The translations under genes were made by a program, and so were the position numbers. The notes beneath the pieces are model-generated. The model ran no database searches. It was not told the origin of the DNA and saw only the letters and a list, made by a program, of their open reading frames with translations. Below are positions 51,107 to 64,000 of a DNA stretch of 64,000 bases, piece by piece (position 1 is the first letter of the stretch; each line of letters begins with the position of its first letter). Location of the stretch: assembly GCF_963921235.1 (NCBI RefSeq), contig NC_086097.1, positions 173,292,001 to 173,356,000 of the forward strand, written 5' to 3'. The DNA is from Mobula hypostoma. Taxonomy: Eukaryota.

Positions 51107-51575
51107 AGAACGTTGGCACTGAACAAGGATCGCTGATCACTGCTTACCATGTTCATATAGACCAAGGTTTGATGTGGTCAACAACCTTGACAAGGAAGAG
51201 TGCCTACAAGAGAAAGATGAAGGAATCTCTAGAGATGGAGTGTCTGGGGGACCTAAATGTAGGTTCTAAGAGTGTAGCGATAGCTCCAGCCTGGGACCAC
51301 ACATCACAAAAGAGGGTTTGGCCTAAAAAAAATAAGGCCAATTCAAAGTAACCAATCAGGAATAGGCAATTCAGATCCAATCAGGATTGAGCGTTAAGCC
51401 CCACCACGCCCTGCGCACTCGAGAGGGTATATAAGAAGGAGTCTCAAGAATAACTTGTCATTTGACTAACTTGTACCTGAGGAAGATGGTCAGGTTTACC
51501 GTTGAAGCGTTGCAATCAGTATCTGTAACTATGTGACTGTTAAGGTCAAAGGATAGTATGGATAGATTTAATAAA
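51107..51575 (+). mobile_element. Second Penelope-like lineage fragment (GIY-YIG tail plus pLTR)
   Basis: YKRKMKESLEM..LNV..APAWD resembles the Penelope endonuclease C-terminus; followed by two CCAAT boxes, TATATAA and a degenerate CTGAGGA..GAAG hammerhead-like core. Confidence 0.5.
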
Positions 51576-51579
51576 CAGT

Positions 51580-52478
51580 CATAGAGCTTCTGTAGTCAGG
51601 AAGATGATATGGGATGAGCTGCAGTGTAACAGCAGGGCAATATTAAAAAGGGTGATGAATACAGCTCTGAAGGTGTTATACTTGAATGCATACAGTACAT
51701 GAAATAGGATAGCTGATCTTATGTTGCAGTTAGAGATTGGCAAGGATGACATTGTGTGTATCATTGAGTCATGGCTGAAAGAAGATTATAGTTGGGAGCT
51801 TAATATCCAAGGATACACATTGTATCAAAAGGACAAGCAGGTAGGCAGAGGGCGTGGCATAACTCTGTTGGTAAAAAAATGATATCAAATCCTTAGAAAG
51901 AGGTAACAAAAGATTAGAAGATGTAGATGCTTGTGCGTAAGAAACTGCAAGGGTAAAAAGACAGTGATGGGAGTTATATACAGACCTCCAAACAGTAGAC
52001 AGGATGTGGGGTACAAATTACAACAAGAGATAGAAAAGGCATGTTAAAAGTGCAATATTATGATAGTCATGGGGAAATTTTAATATGCAGGTAGATTGGG
52101 AAAATATGCGAAGTACTGGTTCCCAATAGAGAGGATTTGTAGAATGCTAAAAGGTGGCTTTTTAGAGCAGCTACGCTTGAGCCCACTAGGGGATCAACTA
52201 TTCTGGATTCGGTGTTGTGTCATAAACCAGAATTGATTTGGAAACTCAAGGGAAAAGAACCCTTTGGAGGCAGTGATCATAATATGATATAATTCACCCT
52301 GCCATTTGAGAAGGAGAAGTTAAAGTCAGATATATTAGTATCACAGTGGAGTAACGGGAATTGCAGAGGTATGAGAGAGATGTTGGCCAATGTTGATTGA
52401 AAGGGGACACTAGCAAGGATGATGGAAGAACAACAATGGCTGCAGTACTGAGATCAATTCGGAAGGCTCAGAAGATAT
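51580..52478 (+). mobile_element. CR1 LINE endonuclease region
   Basis: LKVLYLNA..ESWLKE..VIYRPPNS..PFGGSDHNMI. Confidence 0.85.
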
Positions 52479-52479
52479 A

Positions 52480-53380
52480 AACCATAAAATATAGGAGCAG
52501 AATTAGGGCATTTGGCCCATCATCTGCTCAACTATTTCATCATGGCTGATCCAATTTTCCTCTCAGCCCTAATCCCCTGCCGCTTCCCGTATCCCTTCAT
52601 GCCCTGACCAATCAAGAATCTATTAACCTCTGTCTTAAAAACACATGAAGACTTGGCCTCCACAGCTGTCTGTGGCAAAGAATTCCACAGATTCACCACT
52701 CTCTGGCTAAAGAAATTCCTCATCTCTGTTCTAAATCCTCTATTCGGAGGCTGTGTCCTCTGGTCTTAGACTCTTTCACCATAGAAAATATCCTCTCCAC
52801 GTCCACAAGGCCTTTCACCATTCGATAGGTTTCAAGGAGGTTACCCTTCATTCTTCCGATCTCCTGCAAATACAAGCCCAGAGCCATCAAACACTCTTCA
52901 TACGACAAGCCGTTCAATCCTGGAATCATTTTCCTGAACCTTCTTTAAACCCTCTCCAGTTTCAGTACATCCCTTCTAAGATAAGCAGCCCAAAGCTCAC
53001 AATACTCCAAGTGAGGTCACAACAGTGCTTTATCAAGTCTCAATATTATATCCTTTCTTTTATATTCTAATCCTTTTGAAATGAATGCTGATCTTGCATT
53101 TGCCTTCCTCCCCACAACAGTCTCAATCTACAAACTAACCTTTGGGGAATCCTGCACAGGGACTCCCAAGTCCCTCTGCACCTCTGTTTGTATTTCCTCT
53201 CCATTTAGAAAATAGCCATCTCTTTCATTTCTTCTACCAAAGTGTATGGCCATAAACTTCCCGACACTGTGCACCATCTGCCATTTCTTTGCCCATTCTC
53301 CTAATCTGTCCTTCTGTACCTTCTCTACTTCCTCAAAACTACCTGCCCCTGTATCTATCCTCATATCATCTGCAAACCTA
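52480..53380 (-). mobile_element. CR1 LINE 3' part
   Basis: ORFs 53128-53391 (RFADDMRI), 52720-52929 and 52532-52723 (RNFFSQRVVNLWNSLP). Confidence 0.85.
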
Positions 53381-55964
53381 TTTCTGCTCATATGTCAAAC
53401 AAGAGAAAATCTGAAGGTGCTGGAAATCCAAGCAACACACACAACACAACAACACACTCTGCTCATATGTCTTATGGTCTAATGGTCCATATGGAGATAA
53501 TTGGAGATCAGGGTGAAACCTGGTGAAACTGTGCAGCAGCTGTGCCACCCATCCCAATCAGTGACAAGTTTTGTCCCTATTTAATAGTTGCACAAAGGAA
53601 ATTAACATCAAAAAGCAGACAGAATAACTCCAGTTCAAATAAAATGGGTTGATGGTGCCTGTGGTTTGGTGCACCAAAGGGTCTACTTTCATGCCATATC
53701 TTTGTTTGACTACTCATAATGCCATGAACAATGCAGAGCAAGTGTTATAGAATTTGATTGGAACACAGAGCTTGAAATAAGAATAAAGAGAAGCAAAAGA
53801 TTTACGAACATCTGAGGCTGAATTGTAAGAGAGAATGAACATTTATGTACATAAAAAACAGGTGTTTTTGATGGACAGTCGACGCTTTTGGTTGACTGGA
53901 ACAACTCAATCTGTAACGTTGACTATCCATTTCCTTCCATAGATGCTGCCTTGTCAAATGAATTCCTCCAGGACTTTTCTGTTTCTCCAGTTACCAGCAT
54001 CTGCAAACAGCTATGTCCGCATTAGTATTGCTGATCTTTTTAGAGGGTCATGGAACGACTTATTTCCCAAAGCTGGGGGTCGAACTGTATCTTTGTACAC
54101 AAAGCTGAGCGAGCTATTACTCACCAACTCTTCTGGCTATAGTTTGTAGGTACCTACTTTGTATCATCAAAAGTTTGCTGTTGTCCTTTCAAATGCTTTA
54201 AGGTGCTCAGCAGGACAAGTGGTAAGTCTGGCTGTTCATACAGGCATTAAACTGCTCAGGCTGCATTTCCCAGAATTACTCCAGTGCCGTGAAGCAAGTA
54301 GGTAGCCTTAAGTGAAGTTCAACTGCCTTCCATAAAAATTATTTTTATAGTTTCCATTAGGTGGTTCCCGTAAAGTGGTAACAAAACACAATTTTGAATG
54401 AGGATGAAAATAAGTTGATATTTTGTTGTAATAAATTGCAGCTGGTGTAGCAACAAGCAGACCAGAAATACCATTTCGATAACTACCAGGAGATGGAATA
54501 GGAACGTGCACTGTCTAGGGAATGATGGTTTTGAATCATTACGACATGTCTTGTTCAATCTGGAAAAATTGTTATTAATCAACAATGAGATACTGGATAC
54601 ATTATTAGGTATAAATTGTTTATGCAGTAAATGTGTTGACAAGTGAAGTATTACTAAGATTTAAAACAGCAAACTGTTAACATGTGCACAACAGTGCGAT
54701 GAGCTGTTATGACCTTTAGTACCAGATTTTTTTGGAACAGACACTGGTAAGGCACATTTTGAACAAACACAACACATCAGTACAGTAACTAGCTTTACTG
54801 CCACAAATCTTCAAAAAAATTAAACATCTGTAACATTACAAGAGAGTTTTAAATCCAAAATAAACAACCTTGGATCAATAAACCACTGGTTCAAAGGCAT
54901 AATTAAGCTTGGCATGTGCCTCAAATAGCATTGTACCAGAAACAAACAAAGGCTTTTAATGTAACAAACTATTTATTTTTTATAATTCAATCTCTATTTT
55001 TCCACAATGATTTCTTGTCAGTTTGTTTAAGAAACAATGTACTAAATAATAGCTTTAAAAAAAGAACATTTATGGTGTACATGCCATACTGGCATAAAAT
55101 CAAAGCTTCCAGCATTATCACAAACTAAGTCATTCAGTAAAGGAAGATTCTGTGATTCAGAGTGCAGCTGAACATATTTAAGGGGGCTGCAGTGTCAGGA
55201 ATTTCCATCTTGCAAGCCAGAAATTCCAGATATAAACAAACTGACCACTCAACAGTATCCAGAGTGGCAGTGGACTACAAGCCTACTTCGATTTTGTCAC
55301 TCCAAGTTCCTGCCTCAATATAAAGATCTTCAGTGTATGCCTCTGCATATACCATTAACCAAATCAGCAAGCAGTTTTCACCGCTGTAATTCCTAGCTAG
55401 TTGGAACAGTCTTTCTCACACCAATGGGATCTGCTTCAAAAACAATATCCCTGATTAAACCTTTAGAGTTTCAGTCACAGTGATCAAATTCGCAAGCAAG
55501 ACTCTTCAATTTGATCGCCCAGTCTTGGCTGCGACTTTGGTGCTGAAGGGGCACAATACTGTTTGAGGTAACATCATCCGTACGCACTTTGAATTTGGGA
55601 CCCATCTTCTCTTACATGGATGTTAAAAGAGCTGATTTGTTATTTGAAGTAACTAGAGTTGCCCCTAGTGCCATGCCCAACTTTTATCCTTCAATGAAAA
55701 TGGATGATTTAATTATTATCTAAATTCTAGAGGGGGAGTTTCACAGCATTTTCCCCACATTTCTAAATTCTTGGCTTAGTTGTAAATCTCATGGGGGTGT
55801 CCTGAAATTGTTATAATTCAAGTCATAATGGAAATGCACTAATATTTCTTCTTATATCCTCACTAAACTGAAATGAAAGGAAACTTGAAAATTGAATCAA
55901 ATATTTTCACTGCTGAAGTAAAAGCTTCCAGAATATTTTCAAATAAGTGAACTAATCATTCATA

Positions 55965-56430
55965 AAGTTATATGACATGGAAACAGATCTTTTGGCTCAA
56001 CTTATCCATGTTGACTGAGGTGCCTGCTGAGTTAGTCCCACTTGATTGCAGTTGGCTCCATCCCTCTGCACCTTTCCTATCCATGTACCTGTCCATATGA
56101 CTTTTAAATGTTGCAATTGTATCTGCCTCCACCACATCGGCTGGCAGCTCCTTCCATATACCCACCATTCTCTGTGCAAAAAAATTGCCTTCTCAGGTCC
56201 TTTTTAAATCCTTCCCCCCTCACCCTTAATTAATCACTTCTAGTTTTAGAATCCTCTATTCTCAGAAGAAGAACATGACCATTCACCACTCCAGTGAAAA
56301 CAGCACCCAGCTTATCCAATCTCTCGTTATGTCTCAAGCCTTGCACTCCCAGCAACATCCTATGAATATTTTCTGCATTCTCTCTAGCTTAATCACATCC
56401 TTCCCATATTGTGAAGAACAAAACCGTACA
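55965..56430 (-). mobile_element. Decayed CR1 3' fragment
   Basis: VGIWKELPADVVEADTIATFKSHMDRYM. Confidence 0.75.
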
Positions 56431-56483
56431 CAACATTTAAGAAAGTGTATTAACTTTATAGGACACTAATTAACAATATGTGG

Positions 56484-56845
56484 GTGGCAGAGTGGTACAG
56501 CTCAGACAGCCATTACCTCACAACTTTCAGTGACCCGGGTTCGTTTTTGACTTCTTTGCCAAGTGAGGCTTGTATGCTCTCTCTGTGACCATATAGGTTT
56601 TCTCCACATGCTCCAGCTTCTCCCCACTTTACAAAGATGTCAATAGGTTAATTGGCCACTCTACCTCGCCCCAAGCATGTAGGTGAATGGTAGAATCTCG
56701 GGGGCGGGGGGGGAGGAGGTGCAGTTGATGGAAATGTACGAACGTTTGTACGAAGAATAAAGTGGACTTAGTTTAAACAGACACTTGATTATCTGTACAA
56801 ACTCAGTGTTTAATGGACTGCTTCTATGTCATATGTCTCTGTGAA
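56484..56845 (+). mobile_element. tRNA-derived SINE (V-SINE/HE1-like)
   Basis: B-box gacccgggttcg followed by a ctctctgtgacc..ggtttt..tgctccagcttctccccac core. Confidence 0.55.
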
Positions 56846-57449
56846 TCATATTTATTTTCTTTATTTGCTGTATTCTAGAATTTTATGATACTTTCATCAG
56901 AAGTGGTGATATTGTACATCACCGGGTGATTTAAAAGAACATAATAAAACTGCTTCAGTTAAAAAGGATAAATAATTTGAAGAAAATACTCTATCCAAGC
57001 ATAGGTAATCATCCAGGATCAAAATACTGTTTGCAAGTCTTCCAATTTATTTCATTCATTTCATCATTGCTTTCTCAAATTAGCTTTTACAGCAGTTGTA
57101 GACAGTTCCTGAAAAATATAATGCTGATAATTCATTTTGACTGCAGCCATGAAAAGAGTCATAATATATCGTGCGAACAATTCAAATAAATCTCACATCA
57201 GCAGTGAAAAACAAACTACTAGGGGAAATCAGCAGGTCAAACAGCAACTATGGATGAACAGGGTTAGTTATTGTTTTGGCTTGAGGATAGCATCAGGACT
57301 CAGAATGGAGAGGGGAGATGCCAAGAATTGGTTATCACATTAGGAGAGTGCTATATACAGAAAATGAACAACCACCATGCACATGCTGAGCTCAAAGGAT
57401 CCACAGACTACAATAGGTTGGTGAAGCTATCTCTTATCTCAAGCAGCCT

Positions 57450-58050
57450 CTAAAGAATCAGAACAACTGGCTTCCTTCTCATTCTGTGGGTTCTGAAGAT
57501 GCAGATAAGGGTACAAATGCAGCTGAGGAGGCAGGTTAGATGGTTTTCAAAGTAGTCCTCACATTTCATCACCTATACAGGTCCTGATACTTCAACTCAA
57601 GGATCTAGTACCAAACCAAATGCTCCTTTTCTACCTTAAGTGCCTACCAAGTTCCAAAACACAGTGTTGATACTACTTTTCTTTGAAGAGGGTTTAGCCG
57701 CATCCTTGAATCTGTTCCTCTGTCCATATGTCAATCTCTTCTGATGCAGAATTTGAAATAGACATACCAGTGTCCTTCTCAGCAGCCACATCCTGATGTC
57801 TGCAAGACTGTACCTCAAATCATGATGTAGGTGGCATCTATCTAGAGGTACAGTGCACCTACAATATTCCCACAGCAAAAGCTCCAGGAAAAATGCAGAA
57901 GTAGTACCAGCTTTGACTCTTCTTCATCCAGAAGGAGATGCCCATTTTATATTTGCTTTAAGTAGCATGCAAGCCAATGTACCAAGTAACAAGTCAAAAA
58001 TAGAGCCAATCTCAGTGAAGACTGGTGTCATATAAGAATATTTAATTGAC
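57450..58050 (-). mobile_element. Highly decayed RTE-like LINE fragment
   Basis: GQRNRFKDAAKPSSKK resembles RTE GQRKRFKD.LKASLKK. Confidence 0.4.
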
Positions 58051-58632
58051 TCAGTCTTTCTCACGGAAATATTGCATATCACCATCAACAGAATTCCAGT
58101 GTGAATAGAAAAAAATCTACAAAACTGATGGGAAACTGTTCGGCCTAGAACCATGATACAGCAGAACCAAATTTACTCAAGCCTCAGTAACCAAGTTTCC
58201 TTATGCAGACAACGTTTGCACACACTGGACTGCTTAGCTCCAAGCATTGTTGACTTTTTAACTAAAGCATTGGAAAGGATCAGATATGCATTCAACATCC
58301 ACAAGACAAAGATCCTCTCACAACAATACTACAATGCACTCTGAAAAAATAAATAAACCTATCACGTATATGATCATGCACATAGAAGCCTGGGGCTTCA
58401 TTACTTTGATCATTTGCTACTTTCCTCATGACCCTGCTTTACTTTCACATGACAATCGTCCGAAATTTACAACTGATCTGCAGAATATGAGCATCACGGG
58501 AAAGATGCCTTTTTGGGAGGAAATACGGGAATATCGCCACCTACAGGTTCTCCTGCAAGACACACAGAACAACCTAAATTATCAAAGTTTCTTCATATTT
58601 GCTGGGTCCACATCCTGGAATGCCTAAACCAA

Positions 58633-58860
58633 GGGTAGCACGGTAGTATAATGGTTAGTGTAACACTATTACTGCCCCAGCGACTTGGTTTCAATTCCAC
58701 CACGGTCTGTAAGGAGATAATACATTCTCCCTGTGACTGTGTGGGGTTTCCTCTGGGTGCTCCAGTTTCCCGCCACATTCTAAAGACATACAAGTTAGTG
58801 GGTTAATTGATCATATGGGTGAAATTGGGTGGCACAGGCTTATGCAGCCAGAAAAGCTTA
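58633..58860 (+). mobile_element. tRNA-derived SINE (V-SINE/HE1-like)
   Basis: tagtataatggttag A-box, gtttcaattcc B-box, core tctccctgtgactgtgtggggtttcctctgggtgctccagtttcc. Confidence 0.65.
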
Positions 58861-59885
58861 GTCCCTGGTAGATGGATAGATAGTTATGTGGATGGAAGAG
58901 TGAGAGACAGATAGACAGGCTGAGAGATAAATCGTTATTGTGAGTGTACTTTTACCAGAAGAATTGCAACTAACCACGCATTCCCAAGAGTAATTAGGGA
59001 TGAGCAATAAATTCTGGCCTTGCTAAGAAAATCCACACTCTGATTAAAAATAAGAGCTTTCATTGCCTGCAAATTTGGTCATCTCTCATAATATCAGGTT
59101 TTGAACTGCCCTATGCAACCCTAAATCTACCTCAGCAATGGAAAACTACAGACCATCTCCTGCACTACCGTGGACTTGTTTTGTGCTTTCCTTTGCACCC
59201 ATGTCTTGGTTTGTACAGTTTTTTTCTCCAGTGTCGAACAGAATTTATATATAATTTATGTTCTGTGTGTTGTTGTCCAAACCTACATGCCTATGATATT
59301 GCTGCCAGCAAAATTCTCATATTCTTGTGGATATGACAATTAACTGGACTTGAATTGACTTTTCCCAGCTGTATGTCTTGCCCTGTATATATGAAATGCT
59401 TGAGGCTGCTGACATTAAAAGGTACTGATGCTATTGCTCCTCAGCAAGCAGCTGTTTTCATATCAACTGAGAACAACATTCGCTTAAAAAATTCAAATGT
59501 TCAAGTATTTGCAGTCACTTCTATAAATACGCAATATTGATAATTAAGTGAAATATAATGTATCTTATATTTAAGTAACATTAAGCCAAAAAGTGCCGAT
59601 CAATGAATAAGCAAAGGCATTAAGATATATGGAACAAAGGAAGATATAGACCAGACAAAATCTAACTGAAGGTTGAAAAAGCAGTAAGAGCTGGTGGCCC
59701 ACTCCTGTTACTGTACTTCTACTGTTCCTCGAGCAATATAAACCTGTTCTGGAAAGAGAAACGACAGAGGTCAAAGGAGACAAGCATCCTAAAATATTAA
59801 TAATTATCAGAAGCAACAGCAGACGTCATATATATATTAAACTTCAATTACATGTTGATTACAAAATGCTTCCTTCTAATTTAAA

Positions 59886-61341
59886 GGTTCAAAGTTCAAA
59901 GTAAATTTATCATCAAAGTACATATATGGCACTATATACAACCCTGAGGTTCATTTTCATGCGGGCATGCTCAAAAATGCTATAGAATAATAACCATCAC
60001 AGAATCCATTAAAAACCATCCAACTTGGGCATCCAACTAGAGAGCAGAAGACAACAAACTGTGCAAATAAAAAAGAAACAAATAATAATAATCAATAAAT
60101 AAGCAATAAATATCAAGAACATGAGAAGAAGAGTCCTTGAAAGTGCGACCGATGTTTGTGGGAACATTTCAATGATGGGCCAAGTGAAGTTGAGTAAAGA
60201 TATCCCCTTTTGTTCAAGAGCCAGATGGTTGAGGGGTAGTAACTCTTCCTAAACCTGGTGGTGTGAGTCCTGAGGTTCCTGTGCCATCTTCCTGATGGCA
60301 ACAGCAAGGAGAGAGCATGTCCTGAGCAGTGGGGTCCTTGATGATGGATGCTGCTTTTCTGTGACAGCGCTCCATGTGGATGTGCTCAATAGTAGAGAAT
60401 GCTTTCTTGTGATGGACTGCGCCATATCCATTACTCTTTTGTAGGAGTTTCCACTTAAGGGCATTGATGTTTCCATACCCGGATGTGATGCAGCCAGTCA
60501 ATATATTCTCCACTGCACATCTACATTAGTCTATGAACGTTTTCGATGTCACACTGAATCTCTGCAAACTCCTAAGGAAGTAGAGGCACTGCCATGCTTT
60601 CTTTGCAATTGCACTTTCGTGCTGGGCCCAGGACAGGTCCTCTGAAATAATAACACCAAGGAATTTCAAGTTGCTGACCCTTTCCGCCTCTGATCTTCCG
60701 ATGAGGACTAGCTCATGGACCTCTGGTTACCATCTCCAAAAGTCAATAATCAGCTCCTCGGTCTTGCTGACATCGAGTAAGAGGTTGTTGTTGTGTCATT
60801 ACTCAGCCAGATTTTCCCTCTTATCTCCTGATTCATCACAAATGTAGTTTTGAACTACGACAGTGGTATTGCGAGCAAACTTGAATGTGACATTGGAGTT
60901 GTCATAAGTGTAATGCGAGTAGAGCAAGGTGCTAAGCAAACAGCCTTGTGGTGCCCCTGTGTTGATGGAATGCATAGAGGAGATGTTACTGCCAATCCGA
61001 ACTGACTGGGGTCTTCAAGTGAGGAAACCAAGGATCCAATTGCACAAGGAGGTATTGAGGCCAAGGTTTTGCAGCTTATTGTTCAGTTTTGAGGAGATGG
61101 TGGCATTGAATGCTGAGCTGTAGAAGATAAAGAGCATCTTGATGTAGGCATCTTTGCCATCCAGAGTGTTCCAGGATTGAGTGAAGAGCCAGTGAGATGG
61201 TATCTGCTGTGGACCTGTTGCTTTGGTAAGGAACTGGGAGCTGATCTAACTCGCTTCTCAGGCACGAGTTGATATGTTTCATCACGAACCTCTCAAAACA
61301 GTTTGTCACTGTAGATGTACGTGCTACTGGGTGATAGTCAT
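59886..61341 (-). mobile_element. Rex/Babar-type LINE, 5'-truncated
   Basis: ORF 61076-61363 ([30 protein letters not shown]); ttcaaagttcaaagt tail; similar to 5815-7815. Confidence 0.8.
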
Positions 61342-64000
61342 GTATTGAATAAAGAAGGAACAAAATATGTTACAGAAAACATGATGAAGTGTAATCTGGT
61401 ATTTAATGAGTACAGACTGAGATGCAGACTTGTAATATATTTAGGCAATAATTCAGTAATCACTAAAGACAAGAAAAATGTTTAACACTAACACTGCTCT
61501 CCTGACACTGATTTTTATTCTATCAATTGTGTAAAGAGTGAGACATTATGGACTATGATCAGTAAGCACAGAGAACTGTTTTGTTTATGATCACAAACCC
61601 ATATTATAAATATTACTGCTTAAATTCAAACTGATATGACTGAAATTCTACAGTGTAAGGTCTATGAGACATTTTCGCCAACAGGTTTCTTTAAGAGGTA
61701 AGTGAAACCTTATGAATTTCAATTTCAAATCAATTTATCATTCTATTCCTGTTCACAGATAGATCTGGGTTGCTGACTACATGTCAGTAAGTTAAAGTAA
61801 CAGAAATTCAGGAGTTAAAATGTAAATAGAAAATCAACCTATAACTGTAAATCATGTTATAATTCAACACACTGTTCATCAAGGGAAAGAAAGTGAAATA
61901 ATATGCCAGTAACAGCACTCATGCTGAGGGTCAGATTCTGTTCATGGAAACCATCTGGTTCAGTCCCTTCGAGCCACACCAAATACAAATGATCTTTTAA
62001 AAAAATATCCTATTCATTAATGCATCACAGCTGCAACTTGTGTTACTTCATTTTTCCATGGTAACGTCCTTTCTGTTTCAAGGATCTGATTTCAGTTTGG
62101 TAGCAACGTATCCCTCCATCAATATTGAACACATTCATGTGTTAAACATAAAGAGTTATTGCAAATTCCTGAAATAGAATCATTTCTTTTTAATTATGGT
62201 TACATCAGAACTTGTAAATCCCAAATATATCATGTTCGTCATTTTCTTATATATGTTACGGTTGGAATTATATCTACTGGCAGGTGACTTAATCATATTT
62301 TCAGCCTTTAATAGGAAATTAATTTAATTTCAAATAGTGCTAGTTTTTCATACTCTAAACATAGTCTAAAATTCCATTCTTTCATTAAAAACATTTTGTT
62401 CATAATATAAATAACTTGTTGAGAATAGATCTGATTTCAACAAGCAGACTTCTACTCAATAACTACTCATTCACAATCCACTAATCCCAGCAATTGCATG
62501 CCATATTAATTAACACGCACTTGGAAAGACTTCTCAATGCTGCCTAACTATTGTAATCAAATGTAACAGGCACAACTAAAATAGTGCTTTGTTCGATGCA
62601 GTACAAGAAGTACTTGTAACATGATGGCTAACCAAAGATAATGAAGCAGAAGCTGCCAAAATAGTTTAAGAGCTGAAGCATAAACATTAAACTATTCTCA
62701 ACTATCTGACAAGTTGGAAAATAACGGATGATAAAAGTTTTGGGAAAACTAAAGTAAAATAAGGAATATAAGATATTAACTGTTGCCACCCAACTACTCA
62801 AAATGTGAATTAAGTTCAGAAGAATTTGAAGTAGACAAAATAATTATTTCATTAATTTGAAAATTGAACAAAAGGATTGAGCATCAATTCTACTTTGAGT
62901 CACCTTTTGCTGCAAATGAAGTCTTTAACCAATGTCTTTTTGTCAGAAAATATGACCTACCATTAGCAATGTAGGTTATAAATTTCAGGATAGTACTCTT
63001 TGTAGTTTAGTTGATAATTATAACAATCTAACTAGTAATGTGAATATTATCCATTATACCTTGCAAAGAAGTTCTTTTTTACTATTTGAATGAAGCTTTG
63101 TAAAGTGATGCTGTAGTCACCCAAAAACCCTCTTGCAGCTGGCAACAGTGTCCTCAGCGGCAGTATGGTTAAGCCAGTGAAACAAGTTCACAGTCTCTGA
63201 AAAGTTATCTCTGTCACTGCTGAGACCTCTCAAGGGAAGGGCATCTTGATAATAATTTAATTATGGCTAGTGAAACCCATTTTTTTTGTCACTGGCCAGA
63301 AAGATGGCAAATATCCCTGCATACGAGGTGGCTAATACCAAATAAACTTGACTGCTAGTTTGGAATATCTAATTCAAGTCTTGCCTACACTAGGTTTAAC
63401 ATTATGAAATTAACATTTATCTAAATGAATAAAAATAAACATGAACTTGTCCAAACTTCTGCCAAGACCAACGACAGTTATACCTATAACTAGGCAATTC
63501 CAGAGTGGAGTGTTTATGGCAGCCTTCTGCTCACCCAAGTGGGGAGTTCTACCTTGGCCTTCTTGTGGAATCTGAGGATGCAGCATGAATAGAGACTCAC
63601 AAGCTGAGTAAGTTTGACAATAGGTGACACAGGGCCACATCACTGTCTTTGTCACTTCAGACAACCTCAAGCACTGGCAAAAGTGCAACCTTGAGTCTTG
63701 TTAATATGCTGGAAACTGAGGTAACCTAGCTCAGCAAAACATCTGTGATGTTGGAAATGTGAAGGAAAAAAATTCTTCACCAGTGAACAAGAACAAAAGA
63801 TAGTCATGTCTTAATTTCATTATTACTACTCGACAGCATCATTGGATATTTCTCTTCCTAAAATGTACAAAATTCCATAGCAAATATCTATCTAAAGTTT
63901 TGGATGCCCTTGAAAAACAAGGGTAGTACGTCAATCAGGCAAAATGGTATATCAACACTGTGTCTAATATTTCTCTATACAAAATCTGTCATTGCCAATA

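Noticed and set aside
63410..63688. Possible upstream VPS13B exon
   Set aside because: The translation does not resemble the expected preceding VPS13B sequence (recalled ..EERMKEFIGIVWNAVKHLTLQ).
1..64000. Prokaryotic systems (CRISPR arrays, operons, defence islands) and most short ORFs in the track
   Set aside because: This is spliced vertebrate gene context with no regularly spaced repeat-spacer array; the short ORFs are TE fragments or chance frames.

Overview
Vertebrate genomic DNA, probably from a cartilaginous fish (an inference from the mix of CR1, Rex/Babar, Penelope and V-SINE-like repeats). The whole window appears to lie inside a minus-strand VPS13B (COH1) gene. Two consecutive coding exons are visible (43195-42961 and 3961-3741), separated by a 38,999-bp intron; I found no other VPS13B exon. 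Most of the rest is decayed transposable elements: CR1, Rex/Babar, RTE and L1 LINEs, Penelope-like elements with minimal hammerhead ribozyme motifs, Tc1, Tigger and hAT DNA transposons, and SINEs. The most unusual object is a 4.5-kb internally deleted Gypsy LTR retrotransposon (16350-20898) inserted into a Tc1 transposase. Its pol remnant carries, in frame after a truncated RNase H, two intron-less fragments of a sarcomeric myosin heavy-chain rod. All family assignments come from recalled protein or nucleotide motifs, not database searches. TE boundaries without a stated TSD or TIR are approximate.
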